From Opitutales bacterium (GTDB lineage: Bacteria > Verrucomicrobiota > Verrucomicrobiia > Opitutales > UBA2987), in assembly GCA_965226885.1 (NCBI GenBank), contig CBDDEL010000014.1, positions 288,001 through 352,000 of the forward strand: DNA of 64,000 bases, in the 5' to 3' direction. Shown in pieces: positions 1-11,066 of the stretch. Numbering within the stretch: position 1 is the first letter of the stretch; every line of letters starts with the position of its first letter. The position numbers and the translations under genes were made by a program. The notes beneath the pieces were generated by a model. That model saw only the letters and a list, made by a program, of their open reading frames with translations. It searched no databases and was not told where the DNA came from.

Positions 1-52
1 AAGCAAACGCTTCTGCCAAATAACTTATTATCATACCTAATGAGATTTGGTA

Positions 53-738
53 TAATACCCAGTCCGTCGGCCAATGAATGTTAGCCTCCAAACAGGTGCC
101 GTCGATCAGGCAAATGGTGGTGTCAATCGGCTTGTCCAATCCCACCTGCCGGGCCAGAAGGGCATCGCCCACCACCTCAGTCAAGGTCCGGTGCAAGGCC
201 CTCAACTGCTCTTCGCTGAAAAACTTCGAGGCCCGCTCCAGGGTGCTTTTGGAGATGCCCCTGATGCCATCGATCTGCCGGACACGGCAAAAGTCGGCCA
301 ACAGATCGCTGCTGCCCAGAGCCCGCGACAAATGCCGAAACGAGATCCCTCCGAGCAGACGGCCCAGCGTATCCATGCGCAGTGCCTTGATGGCAAAACT
401 GGCCCGCTGCCGCCGGGCCTTTAGACCCATTGGCGGCCACCCCTCCAAGGCCAGCTCAATGGCCTGCGATTCCACCTCCGAGTCGATCAGCAGCCGATCG
501 ATTCGATCAATGGTGGCGCGGAAGTTATCGTCATCGAGGCACCGGTCGACCACAGTTAAAGCTGGACGCAGGAGGCATTGGATGGCTATATTTTTCATAG
601 AAAGGGCTATATTGATTTTCGCTAACTCAATTATAGAACCCTTTTTTGGCCGGATCGAGCAAAAACTTGCTCTTTCCGGCTCTTTTTATCAACGTCATCC
701 AGTTGACTATAAAATCTTTATATTTTTGGGACAGCCTC
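53..738 (-). mobile_element. IS-A (ISNCY/IS5-like DDE element), 5' half only, truncated at ~53
   Basis: Near-identical to the 5' part of the copies at 31251-33076 and 50482-52298. Terminal IR ends at 738, followed by TAATTA. Transposase ATG at 598. Homology stops at 53. Confidence 0.9.
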
Positions 739-1012
739 TAATTAGCACACGGTACAGCAATTTACGTGTCGATGGTTTTTTGGTCATCCCACAGCAATAT
801 CTCCCCTTACAATTCAGATTGAAATTCCGCCCTCAATCTAAGTTTAAACAGCCAGCAATGGAAGTTATCGGAATTATGAACAGTATTTCAATAGAAAAAC
901 ACAAAATATATCCAAACTTAACCCGAATCAATAACCGGACGCCCCAGTAACAATTGGTTGGATTGTAACACCTGCCTGGGCAGCCATCCCAAGCCAATAT
1001 TTGCCTATAAAA

Positions 1013-1759
1013 TTACTCCCATATCCGGCCCACTTCCTCAGCATTAATCCAGCCGGATTTGTCGTTATTGTTGTCGATAAATATATGCGACTGGTGTTCT
1101 TTCTCAATCGTTATAATTTCACCGGCCTGGAGGTAACCGTACTCATTGCTTTGCGCCGATGGGGCCACCCGCAGGGGAGTGTCCTCCTGCAAAATAACGC
1201 CGTATTTGCTGATTTTATGATAACCCGTCAGGGCAATCCCGGAGGTGATCGTAACGAGAATCGCGGGGCATAACAACAGCCCGGGCAAAGCCCGCGATCC
1301 ACTGTAAAGCCGGGGCAGCAGCAGAAGCGCCAGAGATACCCAAAATCCGAAGGCGCCCATCCAGCCCCAAAGATTGACGGGCAACTTTTTGCCCAATCGG
1401 GTGGCTAAACCGTAGGAAGGCGCGGGGAGCTCCGCGGCCTCACGCACAAAGCTCAGGTTGGCCGCCGTATCGGGGTTGGCGGGTTCGATGGCCAGCGCTT
1501 TTTCATAGTGCAGGACAGCCCGGCCGGTATCGCCCAATTCATAATAAGCATTGGCAAGATTGTAATGGAGGGCGGCGGATTCAGCTATAGGCAAGCATTG
1601 GCGGTAGAGTTCGATGGCTGCGGCAAAGTCCTCCCGGCTATAAGCTTCGTTAGCCTGATTGAAAAGGCGATCCGGCCTTGACCCCTCCTGCCCGAAAACG
1701 CCCGGCAGACAAAAAACATACAAGGTCGCGCCGACAATAATATTCCGCAGTAATCTCAT
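1013..1759 (-). CDS. batE: BatE-like TPR/SH3 membrane protein
   Basis: Signal peptide, TPR (YNLANAYYELG..AVLHYEKAL), two TM helices, C-terminal SH3-like segment; last gene of the bat cluster. Confidence 0.8.
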   Translation of the reverse strand: MRLLRNIIVGATLYVFCLPGVFGQEGSRPDRLFNQANEAYSREDFAAAIELYRQCLPIAESAALHYNLANAYYELGDTGRAVLHYEKALAIEPANPDTAANLSFVREAAELPAPSYGLATRLGKKLPVNLWGWMGAFGFWVSLALLLLPRLYSGSRALPGLLLCPAILVTITSGIALTGYHKISKYGVILQEDTPLRVAPSAQSNEYGYLQAGEIITIEKEHQSHIFIDNNNDKSGWINAEEVGRIWE

Positions 1760-3585
1760 TTCATACCGGATAATTGGCCGACAAGTTTTGCCAACGTTTT
1801 TACCCTCTCTTTTAGGAAGGGCGAATCGGGCGCGGCGCCTGCAAATTTCAAGGCGTCGGCCGTTTGGAAAAATTGGCCGACCTCTCCCACCAATTCACTT
1901 TCCACCTCTTTCCATTCCAGAAATTCGAGGATTTCCGACTGGGTCAAGGTATCGGGGCTTTGGTTGAAATGGCGGCTGAGACTCTCCTGGATGGATCGCT
2001 GGGCAGCCGCGAAGAAGGCCTCTGCATCGTTGGTGGAAGCGGCCTTTTTGGACTTCCCAAGCCACTTGCGCATGGATTTCCCGGCCCTTAAATTACGCGC
2101 GTAATGAAAGTCTTCCCGCAGCCGAAGCTGCCTTTTGCGAATGTAGATGAGGCCCGAAAGAAAAATTAACGGGGCCACCTGCCAGCCTAAAAACCGTGGC
2201 GACAGAAATGCCGGGCGCAGGGTGGGCACCCAGGTTCCCGGAAACAATTCAATGGGCAGCAAGGTTTTTTCCCGGAGCCTCACATTCGCGCCGTTCGAGT
2301 CGGCCGTGATGGCCGTAAAGGTGGCCGTTCCCACCGGGGCCGGGTTCACCGTAATGGTCGCAGCGGGAAGGACCATTTCGGTGTAACTTTCAAGTTCGGG
2401 ATCAAAATAACTGAAATGGATTTCCGGGGTGTGTTCGATATCTTCATGCTGGGGGATCAATACGTATTCGAAGGTTTTCGATCCGCGGAAGTTCAAGGAA
2501 TCGCGGGGGGAGAACTCGGCTTTGGGGGTGTAGGTTTTCCAACTTTGCCCCACGTCGATCTGAGGGGCCTGGATGCGCTCGAAATTGCCCTGCCCGGATA
2601 TTTTCAAGGTCAGTGAGAGCGGATCGCCGGCATTCATCTCCTCGGCCGAAAGGCTCTGGGTGGCGCTGAACTTGCCGATGGCCCCGGAAAAACTCTCCGG
2701 CTGGTCCTCCTCCGGCAAGGGAAGGATAGCGAGCGTAATTTCTCGCGTAGTCAGGTTCAGCTGCTGCCTCTGGCTGCGTGAGCCGAAAAAATCGTCATTA
2801 AAAAAACGTTCGAAAATATCGTTGCGGGAAGAGCGCGACGGGCGGGCGGTCCTGGGCACCGTGATTTCGACAACCATTTGATATTCGATGGTCTGAGGCC
2901 CCGATTTGAGCGGAATAAAGGTAACCGGCCAGGAGATCTTGTTGTAATTGAGATCATTGATCCTTTCCGCGCTCTGGACTCCTTGTGCATCCATGCCGCC
3001 CTGGGAAAAGGCATCGCCCAACTGTGTCGGCTGATTGTAGCGCGAGTCGGGAAAAGCCGTCAGCACATATAAATTGAGGACGCATCGGGCCACCTGCCCG
3101 ACATAGATGGGGGATTCCGGGCAAACCAGTTTTAGAAAGGATGCTTCCTCCAAAGTAACTTGCGTTTTGCCATCTGGAGGAAGGACGGTGAGGGTGGCCG
3201 CGGGCACTCGAAATGTTTCCCCCTCCATCTTGAGCGAATAAGCCGGCACTTTGTAAGTTCCCGTCGCCTTAACCCTGGCCTGAAAGATAAATGAGGTTTG
3301 CACCTGGGTTTCAAATTTTCCGTTGGTGTAAGTGCTCTGCATGCTTTGGGAGGGACCCAGGAAAGTTAATTCCAGCCCGTCCGGAGTCGGCGGTTTGAAC
3401 TTGGCGCTGGATTTCACCGCCAGGGTGACCCTGTATTGGGCGTCTTGCCCCAAGGTGATGCTGGCGGGATTGAACTGGCTAACCGGCCTGGAATTCTGAG
3501 CCGCAGCGACCGGACAAAATGCCATAAAACTTGCCGCCCATATCAGGTGAAGAATGGAATTTGTTTTGAAAAACTTCATCACCAA
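1756..3585 (-). CDS. batD: BatD family protein
   Basis: Signal peptide, FSGAIGKF and ISGQGNF motifs, TM near C-terminus, operon context. Confidence 0.85.
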   Translation of the reverse strand: MVMKFFKTNSILHLIWAASFMAFCPVAAAQNSRPVSQFNPASITLGQDAQYRVTLAVKSSAKFKPPTPDGLELTFLGPSQSMQSTYTNGKFETQVQTSFIFQARVKATGTYKVPAYSLKMEGETFRVPAATLTVLPPDGKTQVTLEEASFLKLVCPESPIYVGQVARCVLNLYVLTAFPDSRYNQPTQLGDAFSQGGMDAQGVQSAERINDLNYNKISWPVTFIPLKSGPQTIEYQMVVEITVPRTARPSRSSRNDIFERFFNDDFFGSRSQRQQLNLTTREITLAILPLPEEDQPESFSGAIGKFSATQSLSAEEMNAGDPLSLTLKISGQGNFERIQAPQIDVGQSWKTYTPKAEFSPRDSLNFRGSKTFEYVLIPQHEDIEHTPEIHFSYFDPELESYTEMVLPAATITVNPAPVGTATFTAITADSNGANVRLREKTLLPIELFPGTWVPTLRPAFLSPRFLGWQVAPLIFLSGLIYIRKRQLRLREDFHYARNLRAGKSMRKWLGKSKKAASTNDAEAFFAAAQRSIQESLSRHFNQSPDTLTQSEILEFLEWKEVESELVGEVGQFFQTADALKFAGAAPDSPFLKERVKTLAKLVGQLSGMK

Positions 3586-5474
3586 TCGCGGATGGGGGCT
3601 TCCCGCTCCTTCCCATCTGCCTTTTCAAATTGAATGACGGGGAGCTTCTTTTCATCATTTCTCATGGCTTCGAGCAATTGCCTGGCTTCTTCGCGGCTCA
3701 TTCGACCGGGAACGGCCTGGGCCTGCTCCTCGGCGGCCTCTTTTTTATCATCGCCTTCACCTTCAGAAGGTTGCTGCTGCCCCTGCTCTTCTTTTTGCTC
3801 ATCCTCGCCCTCGCCATCCTGCTGATTTTCCTGCTCGTCCTTCTGCCCTTGCTTCGACTGCTCCTGCTGGCCCTGCTGATCCTGGTTATCCCCTTCCTGC
3901 TCCTGTGAGTTTTGTTCCTTCTGGTCCTGGTCCTGATTTTCCTCCTGCTCCTGGTCCTGGTTTTCCTGTTCCTGCTGCTGTTCTTGCTGTTGCTGTTTCA
4001 ATTCCTTGATCCTCTTTTTCAACAGCTCGTAATTAAACTGGGCGTCCTCGTCCTGCGGATCGATATTGAGGCTGTTTTCGTATTCGGTTAACCCTTCCTC
4101 CCATATTTCGATGGTTTGGGCCGGATCGATGGGCAATGTCGATTCGCCCAACCGGTAAAGGGTGTTGCCCAGGTTGTAATAGGTGTCCTTTTGCAAAATC
4201 GGGTCATCCGTTTGCAGGGCATTGCGTAAGGTGTCCTCGGCATCTTCAAAATGTCCCAATCGGTATAGGGCGGCGCCAAGGTTGTATTGGATTCGCGGAT
4301 CGTCGGGGGAATCCTCGGCGGCTTTGGCATATTCTTGGCCGGCTTTGTCGAATTCTCCCTCCTCATAAAACTTTTCCCCTTTGCCGGTCGAAGCCCTCAA
4401 GTCGATCTCCACAATCGTCAAAGCGGCCAGAACCAACCCCGCCGTCCAGCGCAATGGCAGGGGCGAATAAGCGACTTTTCGCTTCCTTGTGCCCAGAAAA
4501 GTTTCCGCCATGAGGAAGAGCACGGCCAGGCCCAGTGGCCATTGAAACCGCTCATGGGGAATTTGCTGCAACCGCGCTTCCCTTTCCTCTTTGGGTATCG
4601 ATTGCAGGCCCTCGGTATAAACCTGCTCCAACCCCCGACCGGTGCTGCCGAGCCGCGTGTAAAACGCCCCCGTGGCCTCGGCCATGGCCATCAGGGTTCT
4701 CTCGTCCAGGCGGGTTTTAACGATATTGCCCTCTTCATCGCGCAAAAAATCGACGCTTCCATTTTCACCGCGAACGGGAATCAGTTCGCCGGCCAAACTG
4801 CCCACCCCGACGGTGTAGATTTTAACGCCCTCTTCGGCCGCCTGGCGGGCTTGTTCGAGGCCCGCTTCCTGCAAGTCCTCCCCATCCGTAATGAGGACCA
4901 GAATCTTGAAGTTGTCTTTATCAGCAAAGGAAACCTGGGATTCGGCAATGGCTGCCGCGATGTTGGTCCCCCCACGGGAAATGATGCTGGTGTCCACCGT
5001 TTCCAAGGTTTGACGGAAGGCGTCGTAATCCAGCGTCAGGGGGCATTGCAAAAAGGCGTTGCCGGAAAAAGCGATAAGGCCGAGCCGGTCTCCTTCCGCC
5101 CGTTCTGCCAGGTCGAGGATGGCCAGCTTGGCTCGCTCCAGACGGTTGGGCCGGATATCCTCGGCTAACATGCTTTTGGATGTGTCCAGGGCGATGAGGA
5201 TATCGATCCCCTTGCCCTTGGTCTCCTGCCAGACATAGCCCCACTGGGGCCGGGCCAAGGCAGCCAGGATGAGGAAAATTCCCGCAACGCTCAATGTGGC
5301 CTTGATATTGCGTTTCACCGGGCTGAAGGAAGAAGCCAGATCCAACAACAGCTTGGCGGCGGCGAAATGGGCCAATTTCCTCGTTTTATTCTTTTCCGAC
5401 CGGTAATAAAGAAAAGCCAGAGCGGGCAGGGCCAGCAATCCGAGGATCATCCAGAAATGGGAGGCAAAGGTCAT
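3579..5474 (-). CDS. VWA domain + TPR protein (BatB-BatC fusion) with Q/E-rich linker
   Basis: ALARPQWG, MIDAS DTSKSM, TDGED, then TPRs, a Q/E tract and a C-terminal ..RDW. Start chosen at MTFASH. Confidence 0.88.
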   Translation of the reverse strand: MTFASHFWMILGLLALPALAFLYYRSEKNKTRKLAHFAAAKLLLDLASSFSPVKRNIKATLSVAGIFLILAALARPQWGYVWQETKGKGIDILIALDTSKSMLAEDIRPNRLERAKLAILDLAERAEGDRLGLIAFSGNAFLQCPLTLDYDAFRQTLETVDTSIISRGGTNIAAAIAESQVSFADKDNFKILVLITDGEDLQEAGLEQARQAAEEGVKIYTVGVGSLAGELIPVRGENGSVDFLRDEEGNIVKTRLDERTLMAMAEATGAFYTRLGSTGRGLEQVYTEGLQSIPKEEREARLQQIPHERFQWPLGLAVLFLMAETFLGTRKRKVAYSPLPLRWTAGLVLAALTIVEIDLRASTGKGEKFYEEGEFDKAGQEYAKAAEDSPDDPRIQYNLGAALYRLGHFEDAEDTLRNALQTDDPILQKDTYYNLGNTLYRLGESTLPIDPAQTIEIWEEGLTEYENSLNIDPQDEDAQFNYELLKKRIKELKQQQQEQQQEQENQDQEQEENQDQDQKEQNSQEQEGDNQDQQGQQEQSKQGQKDEQENQQDGEGEDEQKEEQGQQQPSEGEGDDKKEAAEEQAQAVPGRMSREEARQLLEAMRNDEKKLPVIQFEKADGKEREAPIRDW

Positions 5475-5475
5475 C

Positions 5476-6504
5476 TTAGGGCAGTCTTCGATAGCGGGTT
5501 TGGCCAAGCAGCAGCTCGACCAGGAGGATGCCCAGCCCGGCCAGGGCCGGCCATTTGAACATATCCGTGAACGAAGCCAGGTATTTGATTTTTATTTCCG
5601 ATTTTTCCAGCCGGTCGATTTCGTCGTAAATATCTTCCAGAGTTTCCAAATCCGTGGCCCGGAAATAATGCGCCCCGGTCGTTTCGGCGATATTTTGCAG
5701 CGACTCGGCATCGATATCGGATAGGCCGGGCCGCAGAACAATCCTTCCCCGGCGGTCGCGCATCGGGTTGCCCTGGTTGTCGAGACGGACAGGGAAGGGA
5801 ACCTCGCCTTCTTTGCCCACCCCGATGGTATAGGCTTTGATGCCGTAGGCTGCGGCCGCTTCGGCAGCGGCCGCGGGGCTTATTTTCCCGCGGTTGTTGG
5901 CTCCGTCCGTTAGCAGGATGAGGATGCGGCTTTTCGCTTTTTGAGCGCGTAAACGGTTTACACTGATGCCGATGGCCGAGCCGATGGCCGTTCCATCCTC
6001 GATCATCCCTATCTTGAGCCGCTCCAGATTTTGCAGAAGCCATTCATGGTTCAAGGTTAGCGGACTGACCAGGTAAGGAGACCCTGCGAATGCGACGATG
6101 CCGATCCGGTCATGGGGCCTTTTTTCGATAAAATCCTCCATCACATCTTTAACCACAGTCAACCGATCGACCGGTTTACCTTTAATTTTGAAGTCGTGAG
6201 CCCACATCGAGGTGGAGAGGTCCACGGCCAGAACGATGTCGATGCCGCTTTCCTCGATTTCGTTGGTGGAGCTGCCCATCTGCGGCCGGGCCAAGGCCAG
6301 TATCAAAAGGCTGAGAGCGACCAACCGCATATTTACGAGAAACTTCCCCGGGCGGCTGCGCACGAAAGCGGAAATTTGCCGGGCCAGGGCGGTGGCGGGG
6401 AAACGTATGGACGCGGCACTGCCCCGGCGGCCCTTGAGCAAAGCCAGCAGTGGAACCAAAATCAGGAGCCATAGAAATTCGGGAGATTCAAATCGGTAAA
6501 TCAT
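5476..6504 (-). CDS. batA: BatA VWA domain protein
   Basis: ALARPQ, DLSTSM MIDAS, DGTAIGSAI and LLTDGANNRG motifs. Start chosen at MIYRFE. Confidence 0.9.
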   Translation of the reverse strand: MIYRFESPEFLWLLILVPLLALLKGRRGSAASIRFPATALARQISAFVRSRPGKFLVNMRLVALSLLILALARPQMGSSTNEIEESGIDIVLAVDLSTSMWAHDFKIKGKPVDRLTVVKDVMEDFIEKRPHDRIGIVAFAGSPYLVSPLTLNHEWLLQNLERLKIGMIEDGTAIGSAIGISVNRLRAQKAKSRILILLTDGANNRGKISPAAAAEAAAAYGIKAYTIGVGKEGEVPFPVRLDNQGNPMRDRRGRIVLRPGLSDIDAESLQNIAETTGAHYFRATDLETLEDIYDEIDRLEKSEIKIKYLASFTDMFKWPALAGLGILLVELLLGQTRYRRLP

Positions 6505-6505
6505 A

Positions 6506-7291
6506 TTATGACTCGGCCAGAACGGCTTCCTTTTCGGCCTCAACGGGCTTTGGCTCTCCCTCGGAGGCGCCTCTTTTTTCAGCTTCAGCCAGGAGCCGCA
6601 GGCGCATTTTATGTTTCACGTAGGTTTCCTCAACCAGCTTGCGGCCTGTTCCCAAAAGGTCCTCCATTCCGTCCAGACCGAGTGGGTAACGGGCAAATTT
6701 GGCCAGATCGCACATTTGCAAAAAACGGGAAAAACTATCCGCCAGGGGGCCTTTGATCAGTGGATGGTCATGAATGTCGTAGAGAAACTCCTCAGTCGTG
6801 CTCTCCGGCGCAGGCATATCGAATTGACGTTCCAGAAAATAGCGGACGGCATCGGAAACCGCGATGGAAAACGCTTTGTCCTGCCCCGATTTCATCAAGC
6901 TTCGGGTGGCGTCGAGCTCCTGCAAAGCCTGATCATAGGGATCGATCGGGATCGGGTCCGATTTTTGACACAGCTTGCGCATAATCAGGCGAACGAGGAA
7001 AGCCAACAGGCCCAAACCCGCCAAAACCCCAGCCGCGATGAGGAAAGGCATCCAGGGGTTGGGAATGGAAACCGGGCCGTGAATATCGCGGATGTCCTCA
7101 ATCGCTTCCCCTCCCCCCGGTCCCGGTGAGGCCGGCGGCACAGAAGAGGACTGGGCGGGATCGACGTCCAAAGGAGACGGCAGCATATCCAGGGGCAGAT
7201 TGGTTTGCCCGCACAGGCCCGTTGCCGAAATCAGGAGGAGCAACAGAACAGCCGGCAAATTTCTTGGATAGTTAAAAGATGGGGTCATCAT
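6506..7291 (-). CDS. Membrane protein of the bat cluster (DUF4381-like)
   Basis: DIRDIHGP before a TM helix, ESTTEEFL and DLAKFA motifs; lies between DUF58 and batA. Confidence 0.7.
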   Translation of the reverse strand: MMTPSFNYPRNLPAVLLLLLISATGLCGQTNLPLDMLPSPLDVDPAQSSSVPPASPGPGGGEAIEDIRDIHGPVSIPNPWMPFLIAAGVLAGLGLLAFLVRLIMRKLCQKSDPIPIDPYDQALQELDATRSLMKSGQDKAFSIAVSDAVRYFLERQFDMPAPESTTEEFLYDIHDHPLIKGPLADSFSRFLQMCDLAKFARYPLGLDGMEDLLGTGRKLVEETYVKHKMRLRLLAEAEKRGASEGEPKPVEAEKEAVLAES

Positions 7292-8220
7292 CGGCGTCTT
7301 TCCCGCTTGGTGAAGAATTCCCGCAAGGCTGTAATATAAGGCTCCGAGGTGGAAACGGAAAGGTGGTCCACCCCGCTCGAACGCAACCCCCGCCGCAGCG
7401 ATTCATGCCGCTTGGCGTTCTGGTGGCGGTAAAGATGGCGCAATTGGCGGTTGGCCGTGTCAATTTCCACCATCTCCCCGGTTTCGGCGTCTTCGAGAGT
7501 GACGATGCCCACATTGGGAAGCTCGAATTCGCGCGGATCGGAAAGATCGATGCAAATGAGGTCGTGCCGTTTATTGGTCAGTTGGATGGTTTTGTAGAGC
7601 TCGTCTTTTTTCCCCGTAGTGGGCCGGATCCAGGCCAGGGATTCCTCCGTAATGAAGTCGGAAAGCAAAAAAGTGACGGCTCTACGGCGAAGGATTTTGT
7701 TGAGGTATCTCAAGGCAAGGGGAATATCCGTGCCCCGGTTTTGCGGCTCATAAAAAAGAATATCGCGAATCACCCGCAGGACGTGCTGGCGGCCTTTTTT
7801 GGGGAAAATTACTTTTTCAACTTTATCGGTGAAAAGGAGGAGGCCCACTTTGTCGCTGTTTCGGGTGGCAGAAAAAGCGAGCACACTGGCCAGTTCGGCC
7901 GCCAGCTCGCGCTTGCTCTGATCGACCGAGCCGAAATCCCCAGAGGCGCTCAAATCGACGCACAACATGATGGTCAGCTCGCGCTCCTCCCGGTATTTTT
8001 TAACAAAAGGCCGGTCCATCTTGGCCGTAACGTTCCAGTCGATATTGCGCACATCGTCCCCCGGCGCGTATTCGCGCACCTCCTCGAAATCCATTCCCTG
8101 GCCCTTGAATACGCTGTGGTAGGCGCCCACCATGGTGTCGGTGACGAAGTGGCGGTTGCGGATTTCCACCTGGCGCACCTTTTTCAGGATTTGTTTGGTG
8201 ATTTCGGCAGTTTCTGACAT
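7288..8220 (-). CDS. DUF58 domain protein
   Basis: GMDFEEVREYAPGDDVRNIDWNVTA motif. Confidence 0.92.
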   Translation of the reverse strand: MSETAEITKQILKKVRQVEIRNRHFVTDTMVGAYHSVFKGQGMDFEEVREYAPGDDVRNIDWNVTAKMDRPFVKKYREERELTIMLCVDLSASGDFGSVDQSKRELAAELASVLAFSATRNSDKVGLLLFTDKVEKVIFPKKGRQHVLRVIRDILFYEPQNRGTDIPLALRYLNKILRRRAVTFLLSDFITEESLAWIRPTTGKKDELYKTIQLTNKRHDLICIDLSDPREFELPNVGIVTLEDAETGEMVEIDTANRQLRHLYRHQNAKRHESLRRGLRSSGVDHLSVSTSEPYITALREFFTKRERRR

Positions 8221-8289
8221 GAAAATAGTTACCCTCGAGGCGTAAGGTTGAAACGGAAACAATTTGTAAATGTAAAACCGCGGCCCGGA

Positions 8290-9282
8290 TCAAGGCACCG
8301 GAATTGTTTCAAAAATTTTGGTGACGATATCTTCACTAGTCATGTCTTCGGCCTCGGCCTCATAACTGATTATAACGCGGTGCCGCAGCACATCCATACC
8401 AATGGTTTTGACATCGTTGGGCGTCACATACCCGCGCCCTTCCAGAAAAGCCCAGGCCTTGGCCGCCAAGGTAAGGTTGATGGTCGCCCGGGGAGACGCC
8501 CCATACTGTATGAAATCGCGCAAATCGGCCAGGTTGTGCTCCCCCGGATAACGTGATGCGAACACGATTTCGACAATATAATCGCGCACTTTTTCATCGA
8601 TGTAAATATCGTTGAGGACCTTGCGCGATTGCAGGATTTTGTCCGTCGTAACGACCGTGTTGACCGATAGATCGGGCGAAGTGGAGGCCATCGCGTCGAG
8701 GATTTGGCGTTCCTCCTGGCGATTGGGGTAGCCGATCTTGAGCTTCAGCATGAAGCGATCGACCTGGGCTTCCGGCAAGGGGTAGGTGCCCTCCTGGTCG
8801 ATGGGGTTCTCCGTCGCCATGACCAGGAACGGATCGGGCAGCGGGTAAGTCGTTTCGCTGATCGTCACCTGACGCTCCTGCATACTTTCGAGCAGGGCGC
8901 TTTGCACTTTGGCCGGAGCCCGGTTGATTTCGTCGGCCAGGATTAGGTTGGCGAAAATGGGACCCTTCCTGGTCGAAAAATCGCCTTCCCGGGGATTGTA
9001 AATGAGGGTCCCGATGATGTCGGCGGGGAGCAGGTCTGGGGTGAACTGGATGCGTTGAAAATGCGCGTCTAAAGCCGACGCCAGGGTGCGGATGGACAAC
9101 GTCTTGGCCAACCCCGGCACACCTTCGAGGAGCACATGGCCATTGGCCACCAGGCCGATGATGAGGCGGTCCACCAAATATTTCTGGCCCACGATGACGC
9201 GGCCGATTTCCTGCTGCAACAAAGGGACCCACTGGGAGGCCTCCTTCACACGGTCGTTGATTTCGGAGATATTAGCTTGCAT
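8290..9282 (-). CDS. moxR: MoxR family AAA+ ATPase
   Basis: GVPGLAKT Walker A, RIQFTPDLLPAD, DEINRAPAKVQSALLE, EGTYPLPEAQ. Confidence 0.95.
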   Translation of the reverse strand: MQANISEINDRVKEASQWVPLLQQEIGRVIVGQKYLVDRLIIGLVANGHVLLEGVPGLAKTLSIRTLASALDAHFQRIQFTPDLLPADIIGTLIYNPREGDFSTRKGPIFANLILADEINRAPAKVQSALLESMQERQVTISETTYPLPDPFLVMATENPIDQEGTYPLPEAQVDRFMLKLKIGYPNRQEERQILDAMASTSPDLSVNTVVTTDKILQSRKVLNDIYIDEKVRDYIVEIVFASRYPGEHNLADLRDFIQYGASPRATINLTLAAKAWAFLEGRGYVTPNDVKTIGMDVLRHRVIISYEAEAEDMTSEDIVTKIFETIPVP

Positions 9283-9413
9283 GTAAGTAAACGAATTTTT
9301 TCAGGTTCAATTAAAAGGCACGCTCTTTAAAGGTGACAAATCAAATTTGGCAAGGTTTCATTTTCAATGGCCGCCCCCTTCGCCTCCACAGTCCAGCCCC
9401 AAACTTGACGCCG

Positions 9414-10190
9414 CTAACTGAATATTTCCCGGAAGCGCTCCAGAGCCTCATCGCTGTCGCCGGAGGGAAAGGCTTCCAGGCCGACATCTCCGGCATAGCC
9501 CACTTCGCGCAAGACTTCGGCTATGCGGGTATAGTTCATCTCGCCCGTTCCCGGTTCATGGCGGCCGGGAACGTCGGCCACATGAATGTGCCCGATGATT
9601 GCATGATAGTCCTTCAATAACTGGATCACATTGCCCTCCTCGACCTGGGCGTGATAGAGGTCCAGCAGTATTTTGAGGTTGGGGCTGTTTACTTCCCGAA
9701 CCAGGCGGGCGGCATCTTCCACCCGGTTGATGCAGTAACCGGGATGGTCCACCTTGGTGTTGAGGTGTTCCAGGCAAAAGATAACGTCATGCTCTTCCGC
9801 CAGGGCGGCGATTTTCGTTAAAGTTTTGTAAGCGGTAATCCATCGGGTAACGGGATTAGGTTCCGTTCGATGAATGACTTCGCCTTGGGGCCCAAGTTCA
9901 CCCGCCAGAAGAATCATGCTGCGGCAACCGATTTGCCTGGCCACCGGCAGGGACTTCTTCGTCTCCGCAATAAATTCCTCGCTTGTGCTGGGATCTACCA
10001 TGCTGCCCGCGCCGGAGCCGACGAAGCTGCTGACGTGAACTTTCTCATCATTAAAAATATCCAGGTTGCGTCCTCTCCAGAGCCAGAATTCCACCCGGAA
10101 ACCGGCTTCGGCAATTTTCATGACCCTCTCTGCAAAGGGTAATTTCGGATAAACCGTCTCAGCGCATATCGACAGTTGATAACCCATCAA
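9414..10190 (-). CDS. Hydroxypyruvate isomerase family TIM-barrel protein
   Basis: EHLN..VDHPGY, LDLYHAQV.EG and HVADVPGRHEPGTGE motifs. Confidence 0.85.
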   Translation of the reverse strand: MMGYQLSICAETVYPKLPFAERVMKIAEAGFRVEFWLWRGRNLDIFNDEKVHVSSFVGSGAGSMVDPSTSEEFIAETKKSLPVARQIGCRSMILLAGELGPQGEVIHRTEPNPVTRWITAYKTLTKIAALAEEHDVIFCLEHLNTKVDHPGYCINRVEDAARLVREVNSPNLKILLDLYHAQVEEGNVIQLLKDYHAIIGHIHVADVPGRHEPGTGEMNYTRIAEVLREVGYAGDVGLEAFPSGDSDEALERFREIFS

Positions 10191-10193
10191 TTT

Positions 10194-11066
10194 TTACTGG
10201 ACGTTTTGCAATTGCTCCCGGATGCGCTCGATTTCGTTTTTTGCCTCGAGGACGTTTTTGCTTATTTCGACCGCGATTGATTTCGATCCGATGGTGTTGC
10301 ATTCGCGAAGGATTTCTTGCAGAAGAAACTCAAGTTTGCGCCCGATGGAATCTTCTTGCGTCAAGATTTCGCTAAACTGTTGCAAATGGCTGCCCAATCG
10401 AACGAGCTCTTCGGAGATATCGCAACGGTCGGCAAAGAGGGCTATTTCCCTGAGAACCCTTTCATCATCAAGATCGAGTTCGAGCCCCGCCTGGCGCAGC
10501 CTTTTAAATAGGTTTTTCCGGTAACGGGAAACTTCGCCACTGGATTTTTCACGGATGTCGTCCAAAATCTTTTCCAGGGCCTCATGGCGCTCGGCCAGGT
10601 CTGCCAGAAGGGAAGCGCCCTCCTGCAGGCGCATGGCAAGAAGTTCTTCCAGGGCTTCACCCAGAGCCGTTTGCACAAGGGGCATAGCGGCCTCAGCTTC
10701 CCACAATTTGGAGTTTTTGCGATGGAGCATGGCCAACTTACCTAGCAGCACCATATTGGGTTCAAATGGGATTCCCGCCTCCCGGGCAAATTCGGCCAGG
10801 CTCCTCAACAACGATGCCGCACCCTCTCGGTCCCAAACAAAACCGTTTGGGGAATCCACGTCCTGACATTGTATGCTTACTTGAACTCGACCGCGTTTGA
10901 TGACAGTCCCGACCTCCGCGCAAATCATCCGATCAAGGGACTGCCATTCTTTAGGCATAGAGACATGCGTTTCCAGATTCCGGCGATTGACGGAGGTAAT
11001 TTCCACGACCAGATCCATACCGTCGTCGGTGGCGCTGCCACGGCCATATCCCGTCATGCTGTTCAT
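10194..11066 (-). CDS. yicC: YicC/YloC family endoribonuclease
   Basis: SMTGYGR N-terminus, [35 protein letters not shown]. Confidence 0.93.
   Translation of the reverse strand: MNSMTGYGRGSATDDGMDLVVEITSVNRRNLETHVSMPKEWQSLDRMICAEVGTVIKRGRVQVSIQCQDVDSPNGFVWDREGAASLLRSLAEFAREAGIPFEPNMVLLGKLAMLHRKNSKLWEAEAAMPLVQTALGEALEELLAMRLQEGASLLADLAERHEALEKILDDIREKSSGEVSRYRKNLFKRLRQAGLELDLDDERVLREIALFADRCDISEELVRLGSHLQQFSEILTQEDSIGRKLEFLLQEILRECNTIGSKSIAVEISKNVLEAKNEIERIREQLQNVQ

Noticed and set aside
78..950. 290-aa plus-strand ORF and the many similar antisense or alternate-frame ORFs
   Set aside because: These are shadows of transposase or GC-rich housekeeping genes; they recur with each IS copy and lack recognisable motifs.
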